Position numbers and translations under genes: made by a program. The notes below the pieces were generated by a model. That model saw nothing but the letters and a program-made list of their open reading frames with translations, searched no databases and was not told where the DNA came from. Of a stretch of DNA of 64,000 bases, positions 63,143 to 64,000 are shown one piece after another. Origin of the DNA: a virus (lineage: Duplodnaviria > Caudoviricetes); IMG/VR virus record IMGVR_UViG_3300025838_000035, positions 14,778-78,777 of that record. One strand, 5' to 3'. How positions within the stretch are numbered: position 1 is the stretch's first letter; every line of letters begins with the position of its first letter.

Positions 63143-63618
63143 GTTTTTTCCTTTTCAATAATTGCTCTAGCTCGTTTGTTAATAATTGTCTTGGTCACAT
63201 AGTCTGTCGCTAACTCTATGTCCTTTACTGTTGAGGCTTCTAACTGAGAATCATGCAACTGCATCACAAAGTTGATAGCCTTAAGCTCTGGGCCTTTGAC
63301 TATAAACCTGTAATTCATATCCACCCCACGCTTGGCGCAGTCGAACAGTGCGTCCTGTGCTTCATTGATTTCCTTTGCATACTCAGCACCAATGTCTGCC
63401 TTGGCTAAAGCTTCTGTGATGTTGAATGCGTTAATCAATGTATCAATGTCATCTTTGACCGCAGTACCCAGGCGCAAAGCTTCTAGGGCTAAATGATTCT
63501 TCAATTGGAGAGATACCAACTGATCCTTCATGCTGCTCATGCTTTGCATACCCGACATGACATAAGCCATCGTGTCCAAAATGACTGGTCTGGGCCTGTA
63601 CTTTGATCTTTTCCTCAA
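63139..63618 (-). CDS. Conserved phage protein
   Basis: MRKRSKYRPRPV...NHLALEALRLG...NITEAL. Confidence 0.72.
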   Translation of the reverse strand: MRKRSKYRPRPVILDTMAYVMSGMQSMSSMKDQLVSLQLKNHLALEALRLGTAVKDDIDTLINAFNITEALAKADIGAEYAKEINEAQDALFDCAKRGVDMNYRFIVKGPELKAINFVMQLHDSQLEASTVKDIELATDYVTKTIINKRARAIIEKEKT

Positions 63619-63757
63619 AGCTCTTTCTCCTTATCGCTCTCCAATACTCTAAGCCCACAAAATAAAAAGAATGCAAACCAAGGATGATCATTCATTACAA
63701 AATAAATGATTGCAGCAATCAACACTAAATTTGTAATCAGTTGAAACCAATATGCGT

Positions 63758-64000
63758 TCATGTATTGCGTTCCTTCAGCTTGAATTCAATGTATTGGATA
63801 AGTTTGGAAGTCGGTATGCGACCACTACCTTCTTCTTTGAACTCTACCCAACGCTCAACTTCATCACAATCCTCATCAGTCAGTCCTACCCATTCTTGTT
63901 TTGTATAAAGCGGTATGACTGGCTGCTCCCAATCTTTTGCCATCTCTTCATGGGCAGTCAACACCACTTGCCACTCAAGCCCCTTTTGGGGAACGAGTTC
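63758..64000 (-). CDS. Small accessory protein (WVGLTDE family), 5' end outside the window
   Basis: Paralog of 3104-3379. Confidence 0.72.
   Translation of the reverse strand, partial: ELVPQKGLEWQVVLTAHEEMAKDWEQPVIPLYTKQEWVGLTDEDCDEVERWVEFKEEGSGRIPTSKLIQYIEFKLKERNT
63771..64000. repeat. Direct repeat copy 2 (230 bp, cut by the window end)
   Basis: Matches 3123-3352. Confidence 0.92.

Larger units (their letters stand above)
3353..64000. mobile_element. Apparently complete ~60.6 kb podovirus-type phage genome (circularly permuted)
   Basis: terS, terL, portal, scaffold, MCP, tail, ejection, lysis, replication and recombination genes each present once; bounded by a 230-bp near-identical direct repeat (offset 60648 bp). 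Confidence 0.85.

Noticed and set aside
3123-64000. 230-bp repeat pair as DGR template/variable repeats
   Set aside because: Mismatches are not adenine-specific and no reverse transcriptase is present.

Overview
Tailed dsDNA phage sequence (Caudoviricetes). The gene set points to a podovirus with a P22-like portal and ejection proteins, sigma70-type promoters and a Gram-negative host (GH19 endolysin with Rz/Rz1). Positions ~3353-64000 read as one complete ~60.6 kb circularly permuted genome. It holds small accessory ORFs, a non-coding control region (5.6-6.3 kb), a recombination operon (Cas4-like exonuclease, ERF, SSB, RNAP alpha-CTD mimic) and a long minus-strand virion/lysis/packaging block (10.9-54.2 kb). 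An AT-rich early region (54.4-57.9 kb) and a primase-helicase-C5 methyltransferase-ParB module follow. A 230-bp near-identical repeat at 3123-3352 and 63771-64000 bounds this unit. Positions 1-3111 carry a second, redundant SNF2 helicase/VRR-NUC/nucleotide-metabolism module that probably comes from a different phage. Most notable: (1) a TGT/DpdA-like transglycosylase domain with intact catalytic motifs inside a 2351-aa LPD38 polyvalent ejection protein, with no preQ0 pathway in the genome; (2) eight copies of a 25-bp pseudo-palindrome spread genome-wide, five inside genes; (3) a cluster of structured non-coding RNAs; (4) an overlapping-frame beta subunit inside the methyltransferase; (5) a shared [FYM]xxGG motif across nine virion-block proteins; (6) extreme strand skew next to the probable pac site. 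No integrase, tRNA, CRISPR array or phage RNA/DNA polymerase was seen. All calls are by eye, without database searches.
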